Assembly (NCBI GenBank): GCA_964411255.1
Contig: CAYPKD010000005.1
Span: 109,631 to 173,630, forward strand
Direction: 5' to 3'
DNA from: an uncultured Gammaproteobacteria bacterium
Lineage (GTDB): Bacteria; Patescibacteriota; Patescibacteriia; UBA11705; DATKZF01
Length of the DNA stretch: 64,000 nucleotides
Shown here: positions 37,179 to 47,059 of the stretch, in pieces
How positions within the stretch are numbered: the stretch's first letter is position 1
Layout of the letters: every line of letters starts with the position of its first letter
Notes under the pieces: model-generated
What the model saw: only the letters and a program-made list of their open reading frames with translations
Databases searched by the model: none
Told to the model about the DNA's origin: nothing
Position numbers and translations under genes: made by a program

Positions 37179-38429
37179 ATGGACAAAACTAAAAAATCTT
37201 ATTCAAAAAAATTTGTTGTTTTTATTGTAATTGTCTCATTATTTTGGGGCAGCTTAGCTGGTGCTTTTTTTGGTTTTATAGGCGGTGTATTAGGACCAAA
37301 TTTATTGTCACCTTATATATCCAAAACTTCATGGGGCCAAGCATTAATTGAGCAGGGCACAAAAAATATAACATTACAAATTGAAGAAGAATCAGAAACA
37401 ATTGATGTGGTTGAAAAAGTATCGCCTTCAGTTGTCAGTATTGTAATATCAAAGGAATTAGATAATTTTTATAATATTAGCGGACCATTTGATTTTTTTG
37501 ACAACTTTTTCCCCTTCTTTCAAAGAAGATCACCTCAGCCAGAAAACGATGAACCAATAATACAAAAAGTAGGAGGAGGAACAGGATTTATAATTTCTGA
37601 AGATGGCATGATATTAACAAATAAACATGTGGTTGATGATGAGGATGCTGAATACACAGTAATTTTAAATGATGGCACTGAATATGAAGCAACAGTTTTA
37701 GGCAGGGATTTTACAAATGACATTGCAGTGATAAAAATTGAAGCAGAAAATTTATCAGTTGTTGAATTGGGTGATTCAGATGATATAAAAATAGGACAAA
37801 CAGTAATTGCTATTGGAAATGCTTTGGCAGAATTTTCAAATACGGTGACTAAGGGAGTAATCAGCGGAATTAATAGAGAAATAACTGCTGGTACCTCGAC
37901 TGGCCAGTCAGAAGAAATTAGAGAGGCTATCCAAACTGATGCAGCGATTAACCCAGGCAATTCTGGCGGACCATTACTGAATTTGAAAGGCCAGGTGATT
38001 GGCATTAATACAGCAATGAGCCAGGGCGGACAATTAGTCGGTTTTGCCATACCAGTTAATACAGCTAAACAAATTATTGAAAGTGTGAAAGAACATGGTA
38101 GAATTGTCAGACCATGGCTAGGGGTTCGTTATATTCCAATTAATGAACAAATTGCAAAAGAAAATAGTTTAGACTTTGATTATGGAGTTTTAATTTTGCG
38201 AGGCCAAACTCCAACTGAATTAGCTGTAGTTCCAGGTAGTCCGGCTGATAAAGCAGGTTTAATAGAAAATGATATAATATTAGAAGTCAGTGGGCAAAAA
38301 ATTGATGAAGATCATTTGCTCCCTTCAGAATTGTCAAAATATTCTCCAGGAGAAGAAATTGAATTAAAAATATTTCATAAAGGAGATGAGAAAAAAATAA
38401 AAGTTAAACTTGAAGAAAGAAAGCAGTAA
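37179..38429 (+). CDS. htrA: HtrA/DegP-family serine protease (trypsin-like plus PDZ)
   Basis: N-terminal TM; catalytic His (TNKHVV), Asp (DIAVIKI) and Ser (GNSGGPLLN); C-terminal PDZ. Confidence 0.9.
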   Translation: MDKTKKSYSKKFVVFIVIVSLFWGSLAGAFFGFIGGVLGPNLLSPYISKTSWGQALIEQGTKNITLQIEEESETIDVVEKVSPSVVSIVISKELDNFYNISGPFDFFDNFFPFFQRRSPQPENDEPIIQKVGGGTGFIISEDGMILTNKHVVDDEDAEYTVILNDGTEYEATVLGRDFTNDIAVIKIEAENLSVVELGDSDDIKIGQTVIAIGNALAEFSNTVTKGVISGINREITAGTSTGQSEEIREAIQTDAAINPGNSGGPLLNLKGQVIGINTAMSQGGQLVGFAIPVNTAKQIIESVKEHGRIVRPWLGVRYIPINEQIAKENSLDFDYGVLILRGQTPTELAVVPGSPADKAGLIENDIILEVSGQKIDEDHLLPSELSKYSPGEEIELKIFHKGDEKKIKVKLEERKQ

Positions 38430-38432
38430 TTT

Positions 38433-39524
38433 ATGGAAGATGTGTGGGAAAAGAAAATTGAATCTTTATCAAAGGTTTTAAATATTTCAAAACTTGATAA
38501 AGAAATAAAAAAGCTTGAACAAAAAATGGCCAAGCCGCGCTTTTGGGATGATCAAAAAAAAGCAGCAAAAATTTCAAAAGAGGCAAATTTTATAAAGGAA
38601 ACAATTGAAAAATTTGAAAGTTTACGAAAAGATTTAAAGGAGTTAAAAGAGTTAAAGAAGTTAGCAAAAGAGGAGTCAGCCTACGCCAAGGCTTCGGCCG
38701 ACAAGGAAAACTGGGATAAAGAATTAATTGAAAAGGAAAAACAAATTGAAAAGTTATATAACCAGCTTGAAATACAGGCTTTATTTAGTAGTAAATATGA
38801 TAAAGAAAATACATTGCTTAGTATTTATGCTGGCGCAGGCGGCACAGATGCCCAGGACTGGGCAGAGATGCTGCTTCGAATGTATTTAAGGTATGCTGAA
38901 AAAAAAGGCTGGAAAACACAGATTATTGAAATTTCCGCTGGTCAAGAGGCTGGCATTAAATATGTGACCATGGAAATTCAAGGCCCATTAGCATATGGGC
39001 ATTTAAAAGCAGAAAAAGGCGTGCATCGCCTGGTTCGAATTTCTCCGTTTGATGCAGAGAAAATGAGACACACTTCATTTGCCATGGTTCAGGTTATGCC
39101 AGAGATCGAAGAGGAAGTTGAGCTTGAAATTGAAGAAAAGGATTTGCGATTGGATACGTTTAAGTCAGGCGGCCATGGCGGCCAGGGCGTAAATACAACT
39201 GATTCTGCAGTTCGGATTACCCATATTCCAACGGGTATAGTGGCTGTTTGCCAAAATGAGAGATCACAAGCGCAAAATAAAGAAACCGCAATGAAGATTT
39301 TAAAATCAAAGCTTCAGCATTTTTTTGAAACAGAAAAAGAAGAAGAACAAAAAGAAATCCGTGGTGAATTTACTGAAGCTGCCTGGGGAAATCAGATCCG
39401 GTCTTATGTTCAGCATCCATATCATCATGTTAAAGACCATCGGACAGGCTATACGGTTGAGGATGTTGACGAAGTTTTAGATGGGGAACTGGATGAATTT
39501 ATTTTGGAAAAATTAAAAAAGTAA
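38433..39524 (+). CDS. prfB: Peptide chain release factor 2 (single uninterrupted ORF, no +1 frameshift site)
   Basis: SPF tripeptide (RISPFD) and GGQ (SGGHGGQGVNTTDSAVRITHIPTGIV). Contains the GC-rich in-frame segment EESAYAKASAD at 38670-38705. Confidence 0.9.
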   Translation: MEDVWEKKIESLSKVLNISKLDKEIKKLEQKMAKPRFWDDQKKAAKISKEANFIKETIEKFESLRKDLKELKELKKLAKEESAYAKASADKENWDKELIEKEKQIEKLYNQLEIQALFSSKYDKENTLLSIYAGAGGTDAQDWAEMLLRMYLRYAEKKGWKTQIIEISAGQEAGIKYVTMEIQGPLAYGHLKAEKGVHRLVRISPFDAEKMRHTSFAMVQVMPEIEEEVELEIEEKDLRLDTFKSGGHGGQGVNTTDSAVRITHIPTGIVAVCQNERSQAQNKETAMKILKSKLQHFFETEKEEEQKEIRGEFTEAAWGNQIRSYVQHPYHHVKDHRTGYTVEDVDEVLDGELDEFILEKLKK

Positions 39525-39555
39525 CAAATAAGTAAAATTTTAATATTTTCATAAA

Positions 39556-39582
39556 ACAGGCCTAGTGCCTGTTTTTCGTTTG
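39556..39582 (+). terminator. Intrinsic terminator (aaaacaggc/gcctgtttt)
   Basis: 9-bp stem, loop ctagt, followed by tttt. Confidence 0.6.
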
Positions 39583-39642
39583 TCATTGATTTATATAGCC
39601 ATTTTGCTAAAATATAGATAAACTTAATCATCAACAAAATCT

Positions 39643-41802
39643 ATGTCAAAAAATGAAAAAATTTCTTTAATTATTATTTTTGTCCTGGCTATTATTATTA
39701 TTGCTGGAGGTGTGTATTTTTGGTGGGATTCGAGAACCGTAGAAGTTCAAAAGGTGATAGAAAAAATTGAAGAACGAGCTGAAGATATTGTTGTCACCCC
39801 AGAGGCAGAAGCTGGAAATTTCGCCACTTATCAGGAGGTTGAAGTTAGTATTGATCCAAAGGTAGCTGCCTACACTGTAAAACCAGATTTTAGCGATGTT
39901 GAAAATTATGACCAGTTTACATTTTCAGACAGCGCAGAAGAGCTTTTATTAAAAAATTATTTTGCAGTAGTTCCGACATATAATGACGAGTTTTTCTCAA
40001 TTTATGAATCAAACCGATATGATTTAATTCCGAGCTTCATAACCACTGATTCAGTGCTGCATAATTATCATCTGCTTTTCAATTATTTATTAAAAAAAGT
40101 TGAAAAAGAAAAATTATATCAGGCAGCTATAGATTTAACAGAGGAGATGCTGGAGGCATCAGAGAGACAGTATGAAGATTTAAAAGATACAGATTGGGCA
40201 GATTCAGCGAAGAGAAATATTGCATTCTTTACAGTCGCTAAAAATTTATTAGACGAGGATGCAGATATTGATGAGCTGGTTGAAGATGAGGTTGAAACTG
40301 AATTAAATTTAATTAAAGAACATGCTGGTATTAAAGAATCAATGGTGATAAATATAGGACAAAACATTGAGGCAATTGACGCTTACCGGGAAGATTATTC
40401 CCAATACATTCCAAGAGGGCATTATACAAAAACAGAAGAATTAAAAAAATATTTTAAGGCTTTAATGTGGTATGGCCGGATTAATTTTAGATTAAAGAGC
40501 GATGAGGAAACAAAATCATCTATTTTAATGACCCAGGCTTTAAGAAATAATAAAGTAGCTTTTAAAAATTGGGAGATAATATTTAATCCTGTTAGTTTTT
40601 TTGTTGGTAAAACAGACGATTTGACTTTTTATGATTATGATTTGATTTATGATCAGGTATATAAAGGCAACAGTTTGACAGATGTTGAAAAATTTACCCA
40701 GTTTAAATCTGCTGTAAAGAATTTAGATAAGCCAAAAATTAATTCAATGCCAATTTTTCAGTCTGAAATTATGCCAGACCGTGAAGAGGAAATTTTTGGC
40801 TGGCGATTTATGGGCCAGCGGTATACGATTGACGCTGAGGTTTTTCAGCATTTAATTGACCGGGAAGTAGAAGACAGGATGCTGCCAAAGGGTTTGGATA
40901 TTCCTGCTGCCTTTGGTTCAGAATTGGCATCAGATCAGCTTGAATCTGAAGGTGAGTTTGAATACCCTGGCTATGAAACAAATTTGAAATTAATGCAGGA
41001 TTATGTAAAAACTTTAGAAGTTGATATTTGGACTCAAAATTTATATTGGGGCTGGCTTTATACTTTAACTGATTTGATTGATCCAGTTGATAAGGGTTAT
41101 CCGAGCTTTATGACAAACCAGGCCTGGCAGTATAAAGATTTGCAGACAATTTTGGCCAGTTGGACTGAATTAAAGCATGATACGATTTTATATGCTAAGC
41201 AAGTTTATGCAGAACTTGGCGGTGCGCCAGAAGATGAGGGGGATGATAGAGGTTATGTTGAACCACGGCCTTATGTTTATGCCAGATTAGCTTCTTTGTT
41301 AAAAATGACTGCTGAAGGTCTTCAAGTCAGACAATTAATTGGTGAAGATGACATTGCTTTATTAGAAAGATTTGAAAAATTAGTTATAGATTTGAAAGAA
41401 ATAAGTGAAAAAGAATTAAATGGCCAGAAATTAAGCGATGAGGATTACGAGCTAATTAAATATTTTGGCGGTGATCTGGAGCATTTATGGCTGGAAGTTA
41501 TGCGAGATGAGGGAGTAACCAGCCGTGCTCAGACAAATGATAATCCAGCTGCTTTAGTAGCAGATGTGGCCACTGATCCGAATGGATTTGTGCTGGAAGA
41601 AGCAATCGGCCATGTTGATGCTATATATGTCATTTTCCCGCTTGACGGAAAACTGCGAATCGGCAAAGGCGGAGTATTTTCTCATTATGAATTTATTCAT
41701 CCGATGAGTGACCGTTTAACAGATGAAGCCTGGCAGGAAATGCTTTATATGGAAGAAGATCCAGAACGAGCTGAGTGGCACAGTAATTTTTTAGCTGACT
41801 AA
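39643..41802 (+). CDS. Membrane-anchored hypothetical protein (719 aa)
   Basis: N-terminal TM LIIIFVLAIIIIAGGVYFWW followed by a large extracytoplasmic domain; family not recognised with confidence. Confidence 0.55.
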   Translation: MSKNEKISLIIIFVLAIIIIAGGVYFWWDSRTVEVQKVIEKIEERAEDIVVTPEAEAGNFATYQEVEVSIDPKVAAYTVKPDFSDVENYDQFTFSDSAEELLLKNYFAVVPTYNDEFFSIYESNRYDLIPSFITTDSVLHNYHLLFNYLLKKVEKEKLYQAAIDLTEEMLEASERQYEDLKDTDWADSAKRNIAFFTVAKNLLDEDADIDELVEDEVETELNLIKEHAGIKESMVINIGQNIEAIDAYREDYSQYIPRGHYTKTEELKKYFKALMWYGRINFRLKSDEETKSSILMTQALRNNKVAFKNWEIIFNPVSFFVGKTDDLTFYDYDLIYDQVYKGNSLTDVEKFTQFKSAVKNLDKPKINSMPIFQSEIMPDREEEIFGWRFMGQRYTIDAEVFQHLIDREVEDRMLPKGLDIPAAFGSELASDQLESEGEFEYPGYETNLKLMQDYVKTLEVDIWTQNLYWGWLYTLTDLIDPVDKGYPSFMTNQAWQYKDLQTILASWTELKHDTILYAKQVYAELGGAPEDEGDDRGYVEPRPYVYARLASLLKMTAEGLQVRQLIGEDDIALLERFEKLVIDLKEISEKELNGQKLSDEDYELIKYFGGDLEHLWLEVMRDEGVTSRAQTNDNPAALVADVATDPNGFVLEEAIGHVDAIYVIFPLDGKLRIGKGGVFSHYEFIHPMSDRLTDEAWQEMLYMEEDPERAEWHSNFLAD

Positions 41803-41824
41803 ATAATTAGTAACAATAGATTTT

Positions 41825-42742
41825 ATGTCAAAAATTTTAGTTACAGGAGGAGCTGGATTTATCGGCTCACATTTAACAGACAGTTTGATCAGCAATGGCC
41901 ATCAGGTAGTAGTGGTTGATAATTTAATCACAGGTGATAAAAGCAATCTAAATAAAGATGCTAAATTTTATGATTTAGACATTCAGGATAAAAAGCTGGA
42001 TAAAATATTTAAAAAAGAGAAATTTGATTATGTTTTTCATTTGGCAGCGCAAATGAATGTGCGTTTATCTATCAAAGATCCAATTTTTGATGCTCAAAAT
42101 AATATTTTAGGCAGCATAAATATTTTGGAGAATTGCGTAAAGCATAAAGTAAAAAAAATCATTTTCTCTTCTACTGGTGGCGCTCTTTATGGTGAGGCAG
42201 ATTTAATCCCAACACCAGAGGATTATAATATTGAACCGATTTCTCCTTATGGTATTGCAAAACTTAGCATTGAAAGTTATTTGCATTATTATCATCTTGT
42301 CTATGGTTTGAAATACACTTCTCTTCGTTATTCTAATGTGTATGGTCCAAGACAAAATCCAAAAGGAGAAGCCGGGGTAGTTGCAATTTTTATAAATAAA
42401 TTATTTAAAAAACAGCAGCCGATAATAAATGGCGATGGTACGCAAACACGAGATTATGTTTATGTGGATGATGTGGTGCAGGCAAATTTACTGGCTTTGG
42501 ATAATGATAAAGTCGGAGCGTTCAATGTCAGTTCTGGAAAGGAAACTTCAGTCAATGTATTATTTCATAAGTTAAATAAACTTACAGAGGCAGGTATGTC
42601 TGAGAAACATGCGCCAGCTATTTTAGGTGAACAGCAAAGAAGCTGTCTTAATTGTTCTAAAATAAAAAAAGAATTTGGCTGGGAGCCAAAAGTAGATTTG
42701 GATAAAGGTTTGCAGCAGACGGTTGACTGGTTTAAAAAATAA
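41825..42742 (+). CDS. NAD-dependent sugar epimerase/dehydratase (UDP-glucose 4-epimerase-like)
   Basis: Rossmann motif VTGGAGFIGSHL; catalytic YxxxK (YGIAKLSIESY). Confidence 0.85.
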   Translation: MSKILVTGGAGFIGSHLTDSLISNGHQVVVVDNLITGDKSNLNKDAKFYDLDIQDKKLDKIFKKEKFDYVFHLAAQMNVRLSIKDPIFDAQNNILGSINILENCVKHKVKKIIFSSTGGALYGEADLIPTPEDYNIEPISPYGIAKLSIESYLHYYHLVYGLKYTSLRYSNVYGPRQNPKGEAGVVAIFINKLFKKQQPIINGDGTQTRDYVYVDDVVQANLLALDNDKVGAFNVSSGKETSVNVLFHKLNKLTEAGMSEKHAPAILGEQQRSCLNCSKIKKEFGWEPKVDLDKGLQQTVDWFKK

Positions 42743-42746
42743 AAAT

Positions 42747-44411
42747 ATGAAAATTTTGGGCATATTTTTAAAAGCAATGTTTGTAGCCATGTGCGTATGG
42801 ATTTTTGTTTTTGAAGCGATTTGGATTTTAGTTTCAGTTTCTAAAGCTCAGCCCAATGTGTACCAGGAAAAGCAACGACCGGTTTGTGCGCGCAAGGATT
42901 TATCAGCCCAGGATTTTTATTTGTTTGAAACATCTGCGATTTTAGACGAGGTAAATAATTTTATCGGGCAAAGTAAAAAAAATATTTCAGTAATTTTTGT
43001 AGGTGACATAATGTTGTCCAGAGACGTCAATGATCGGATGCGAGCTTATAATGATTATTTTTATCCTTTCCTAGAGCTGGAAGGTTTTTTAAATAATGCT
43101 GATTTGACTTTTGGCAATTTAGAATCTCCGATTTTGTACGGCAATTATGTTCCGGTAAATAGCTTTTCTTTTGATGCTCATCCGGAAACCGCTAAAAGTA
43201 TGGCCAAGGCTGGGTTTGATGTTTTGTCTATGGCCAATAATCATGCTGGTAATATGGGTCAGGCAGGATTTTTGAAAAGCTTTGAAAAAATTAATGAAAA
43301 TGGAATGTATTATACTGGAGCAGCAAAGAAAAGATCTGACTTGGACCAACAAGGCGTGATCACAGAAGTTGAGGGTATAAAAATTGGCTGGTTAGCATAT
43401 GCTTATGGCCCGTCACATTATGGTACTGACGGAGATTATCCTGGCATGGCCTTGATGGATATTGAAAAAATGAAAAAGGATGTAGAACGTTTGAAAAAAG
43501 AGACTAATCATGTTTTTGTCTCAATGCATGCTGGTACAGAATATACTGAAAATATTTCAGGCCAGCAAAGAGATTTTGCCCAGGCAGCAATTGACCAGGG
43601 CGCAAGTATGGTAATTGGCCATCATCCGCATGTGGTTCAAAGAGTCGAAAGGTATAATGATGGCTTTATAATGTTTAGTTTGGGAAATTTTATTTTTGAT
43701 CAGATGTGGTCGCAGAATACCAGGCGTGGATTGGCAACAAAAATATATTTAGACAAAGAAAATATTAATCGGTTTGAATATTATCCGATAAAAATATTTG
43801 ATTATAGCCAGCCCAGATTAGCTGAAGAGAATGATAAGCAAAATATTTATAATCGACTTAGAACAGAATTGAATTTGGAAAAAGCAGTTTTTGTAAATGA
43901 TAATAAAATTAAGTTTACAGAAATAGCGACTCAAGGTTTAGCTGAGCAAATAGAAGAAAAAGTTTTAACAGCTGATTTAAATGAAAATAATATACCTGAA
44001 TATATTTATCAAAGAGAAGATAAGCTTTATATTATTGAAAATAATACTCTCCAATGGCAAAGCTTTCCAGACTGGCAGGTGAAAAAAGTATTCTTAGCAG
44101 ATGCCAATGCAGATGGCAAAATTGACATTAATATTATTTTAGATAAAGAAGATGGCAATCATTGGTTTATTTATGGATGGAGAAGAGACAGCTGGCAGCC
44201 GTATTGGGATTCATCAGAGATATTCCCAGCCATTATAGATATTGAAGAAATTTCTCCAGGCAAGTTTTTAATTTTAGAAAAAGAGAATGATAAAAAGAAT
44301 TTGACTGTCTGGGAATGGGAAGAATGGGGACATAAATTGGTAGATGAAGTGAAAGGGGTGGAATTTGAAAGTATTGAAAGGGTTGGGAATGGATTGTTTT
44401 TTATAAAATAG
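42747..44411 (+). CDS. CapA/PgsA-family metallophosphatase-like capsule (poly-gamma-glutamate) biosynthesis protein with extra C-terminal domain
   Basis: N-terminal TM; FVGDIMLSR, FGNLESPI, DVLSMANNHAGNMG, VSMHAGTEY and GHHPHVVQ motifs. Confidence 0.8.
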   Translation: MKILGIFLKAMFVAMCVWIFVFEAIWILVSVSKAQPNVYQEKQRPVCARKDLSAQDFYLFETSAILDEVNNFIGQSKKNISVIFVGDIMLSRDVNDRMRAYNDYFYPFLELEGFLNNADLTFGNLESPILYGNYVPVNSFSFDAHPETAKSMAKAGFDVLSMANNHAGNMGQAGFLKSFEKINENGMYYTGAAKKRSDLDQQGVITEVEGIKIGWLAYAYGPSHYGTDGDYPGMALMDIEKMKKDVERLKKETNHVFVSMHAGTEYTENISGQQRDFAQAAIDQGASMVIGHHPHVVQRVERYNDGFIMFSLGNFIFDQMWSQNTRRGLATKIYLDKENINRFEYYPIKIFDYSQPRLAEENDKQNIYNRLRTELNLEKAVFVNDNKIKFTEIATQGLAEQIEEKVLTADLNENNIPEYIYQREDKLYIIENNTLQWQSFPDWQVKKVFLADANADGKIDINIILDKEDGNHWFIYGWRRDSWQPYWDSSEIFPAIIDIEEISPGKFLILEKENDKKNLTVWEWEEWGHKLVDEVKGVEFESIERVGNGLFFIK

Positions 44412-45222
44412 CTTACTCGGGGAATCACAGATTCCCCTCGGCAGTAGGATTTTGACTCGGGGAATCGCATATTCTCCTCGTCACTCATCCTGCGCTGAGG
44501 GGTAACTGAGTTACCCCGACCGGGTATTAAGTATGTCAGTAGAAAAGCATAGTGAGATAAAAGAAAAAGGCGGAATCTATTTTTTTACAACTAGGGTTCT
44601 AGGTGGTAATAATATTTTTATTAAAAAGAGATATATTGATATTATTAAGAATGCGTATGATTTTGCAGAGAAGAAAAGAAATATAAAAAATTTAATTTGG
44701 ACTATAATGCCAAATCATTTGCATTGGATATTTAAGTTAGATGAAAGTAATGATGATCCAATTCCAATTTATCAATACTTTAAACGGCATACTGCCAGAG
44801 AGACATTGCAATTGTTAATGCATGAATCACAAATGAAACCATTTGAAATAGTTAGGTTTTTTAGAAAGTGTAGGTATTACACAGCTGAAGAATTATTAAG
44901 AAGTTTTAAAATTAGAAATAATTATCAATTGTGGGAAAGGAAGCCAGATTTAAAATTATTATATTCCTCTGAGTTTATTAGAATAAAAGTTAATTATATT
45001 TATGAAAATCCGTTCAGAGAGCCGTGGACATTAGTACAAGACCCACAAGATTATCCATTTACTTATATAAATTGGGATTTGATAAACGAATTTTTAGAAT
45101 AAAGTCTCTCTTACTCGGGGAATCGCAGATTCCCCTCGGCAGTAGGGTTTTGACTCGGGGAATCGCCAGCCTACGCCAAGGCTTCGGCTCGCAGGCAGAT
45201 TCCCCTCGACAATAAGATTTTT
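44412..45222 (+). mobile_element. REP-RAYT-REP unit (IS200/IS605-related REP-associated tyrosine transposase flanked by palindromic REP copies)
   Basis: REP hairpins ctcGGGGAATcacagATTCCCCtcgg at 44416-44440, 44456-44480, 45114-45139 and 45154-45210 (interrupted); additional hairpin ggggtaactgagttacccc at 44498-44519. Confidence 0.7.
44533..45102 (+). CDS. REP-associated tyrosine transposase (RAYT; Y1 HUH transposase, IS200-like)
   Basis: HUH motif IMPNHLHWIF; catalytic-Tyr region YQLWERK...EFIRIKVNYIYENP matching RAYT/TnpA-REP conservation. Confidence 0.8.
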   Translation: MSVEKHSEIKEKGGIYFFTTRVLGGNNIFIKKRYIDIIKNAYDFAEKKRNIKNLIWTIMPNHLHWIFKLDESNDDPIPIYQYFKRHTARETLQLLMHESQMKPFEIVRFFRKCRYYTAEELLRSFKIRNNYQLWERKPDLKLLYSSEFIRIKVNYIYENPFREPWTLVQDPQDYPFTYINWDLINEFLE

Positions 45223-46065
45223 ATGAAACAAGAGATTTTAAATTTATTAGAAAAATACGATTTAGGTCCAAAGAAATATTTTGGGCAAAATTTTTTAATA
45301 GATCAACAGGCCTTAAAAAAAATAATTCAGGTTTCTGAGATAAAAAGCGCTGACAACATTCTAGAAATCGGACCTGGACTGGGGTTTTTAACAAAAGAGC
45401 TTGCGAAAAAGGCAAAAAAAGTGGCAGCTGTTGAAATAGATAAAAGCTTGTATTTTATTTTAAAACAGGAATTGAAAAAAATAAAAAACATTGAATTAAT
45501 TAATGATGATATTTTGCAATATGGTTTGGAAAAACTAAAAAAAGTTTTTAATAATCAAAATTATAAAATTGTTGCTAATCTGCCTTATCAGATCACTTCT
45601 CATTTTTTGAAAAAATTTTTAACAGCCCCATATCATCCTGAGCAAATGACTTTGATGGTCCAAAAAGAAGTGGCTGAAAGAATATGCGCTAAGCCTGGAG
45701 CTCACAGCCTGCTTTCGTTATCTGCGCAGTTTTATAGCCAGCCTGAAATTATTCAGATCGTTGATGCAGAAAGTTTTTTTCCAAAGCCAAAGGTGGACAG
45801 TGCGATTATAAAGTTAAAAAATATTCACAAAAGTTCAATAGAAGTGGATGAAAATCTTTTTTTTAGACTTTTGCGCATTGGTTTTTCAGCAAAAAGAAAG
45901 CAATTGCAGAATAATTTAGCTAATGGGTTTCATGAAAATAAGGAAAAATTCAAGGATTTGCTTGAAAAAACAGGCCTTTCTGTGCAAATTAGGGCACAGG
46001 AGCTGGATCTAGCAGATTGGCAGGATTTATACAAATACTTAATAAAATTGAAAATATTAAAATAG
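45223..46065 (+). CDS. rsmA: 16S rRNA (adenine1518/1519-N6)-dimethyltransferase
   Basis: YFGQNFLID; SAM-binding ILEIGPGLGFLT; NLPYQITS motif; terminator agtgga-taac-tccact plus T-run at 46068-46097. Confidence 0.95.
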   Translation: MKQEILNLLEKYDLGPKKYFGQNFLIDQQALKKIIQVSEIKSADNILEIGPGLGFLTKELAKKAKKVAAVEIDKSLYFILKQELKKIKNIELINDDILQYGLEKLKKVFNNQNYKIVANLPYQITSHFLKKFLTAPYHPEQMTLMVQKEVAERICAKPGAHSLLSLSAQFYSQPEIIQIVDAESFFPKPKVDSAIIKLKNIHKSSIEVDENLFFRLLRIGFSAKRKQLQNNLANGFHENKEKFKDLLEKTGLSVQIRAQELDLADWQDLYKYLIKLKILK

Positions 46066-46182
46066 TGGATAACTCCACTATTTTTTAATGAAAACAGGCG
46101 TTTTTTGTGGTATAATAATTATAGTAAATCCAAAACTCTGATCGAAGAGGAGTTTTGAATTTTTATGTCTTTATAGCTTCTT

Positions 46183-46977
46183 ATGGAGCAAGATTATAAT
46201 AATGATCACAATTTAGAAAACACCCACTATCAAGATCCAGAAAAACCAGTTGAAGAACATCACAGGCTGGATCGACAGCAGAAAATTTCAATCGCTGTAA
46301 TTGCAGTAATTGGAATCGGGGTGCTTGTTTTGGGTTTTTGGCAATTTAGACGAACTGTAGAGGTTCCGTTTCCAGATTTTTCAAAAGACAAGACTGAAGA
46401 GCAAAGTCCAGTCCTTGAAGATACACGTGATGAAACATTAAAAGATCAGGATACAGATAGTGACGGACTTAATGATTATGACGAGGTTTATGTTTATCAG
46501 ACCAGCCCGTATTTGAATGATTCTGACAGTGACGGGTATTTAGACAAGGAAGAAATTGAAAACGGATATGATCCTAATTGTCCATCCGGTCAAAATTGCT
46601 TTAACGAATCTTTTGAGGACGTTGTTACCCAAACTCCGGCTCCAGCTGGCAATGGACAGCAGGCTGAAGGTGTAGAAATGACCGCTGATGAAATTAGGGC
46701 AGAGCTTCTGGCTACTGGCATGGTTGATGAACAGACCTTAAATTCAGTAGATGATGCTTCTTTGCTGCAATTATATGAGCAAAGCATGGGTGAACCTTCA
46801 ACACCTGAGGGTGTGAGTTCTGTTAATGATTTATATAATCTTTCAGCAGATGAAGTGAGGCAAATTTTAATTGACGAAGGAATGGATCCAGAGCAGTTAA
46901 ATCAGATAGATGATGAGACTATATTAAAAATGTATAAGGATACGCTGGATGAAGTGCAGAAGGAGCAGGAAGAATAG
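46183..46977 (+). CDS. Single-pass membrane protein with TSP3-like Ca-binding repeats (paralog of 25523 and 26331), immediately upstream of the giant ORF
   Basis: TM ISIAVIAVIGIGVLVLGFW; repeats DQDTDSDGLNDYDE, NDSDSDGYLDKEEIENGYDPNCP. Confidence 0.6.
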   Translation: MEQDYNNDHNLENTHYQDPEKPVEEHHRLDRQQKISIAVIAVIGIGVLVLGFWQFRRTVEVPFPDFSKDKTEEQSPVLEDTRDETLKDQDTDSDGLNDYDEVYVYQTSPYLNDSDSDGYLDKEEIENGYDPNCPSGQNCFNESFEDVVTQTPAPAGNGQQAEGVEMTADEIRAELLATGMVDEQTLNSVDDASLLQLYEQSMGEPSTPEGVSSVNDLYNLSADEVRQILIDEGMDPEQLNQIDDETILKMYKDTLDEVQKEQEE

Positions 46978-47059
46978 TTAGATTGGTAGATCAGTAGGTT
47001 TGTAGACCTGTAGGATATATTAATTAAATATCTGTTTTCCTTAATTCAAGAGTATAGTT

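Noticed and set aside
38433-39524. Expected +1 programmed frameshift in prfB
   Set aside because: The RF2 ORF is continuous from its ATG through the GGQ and SPF motifs. No internal in-frame UGA or CUU-UGA shift site is present.
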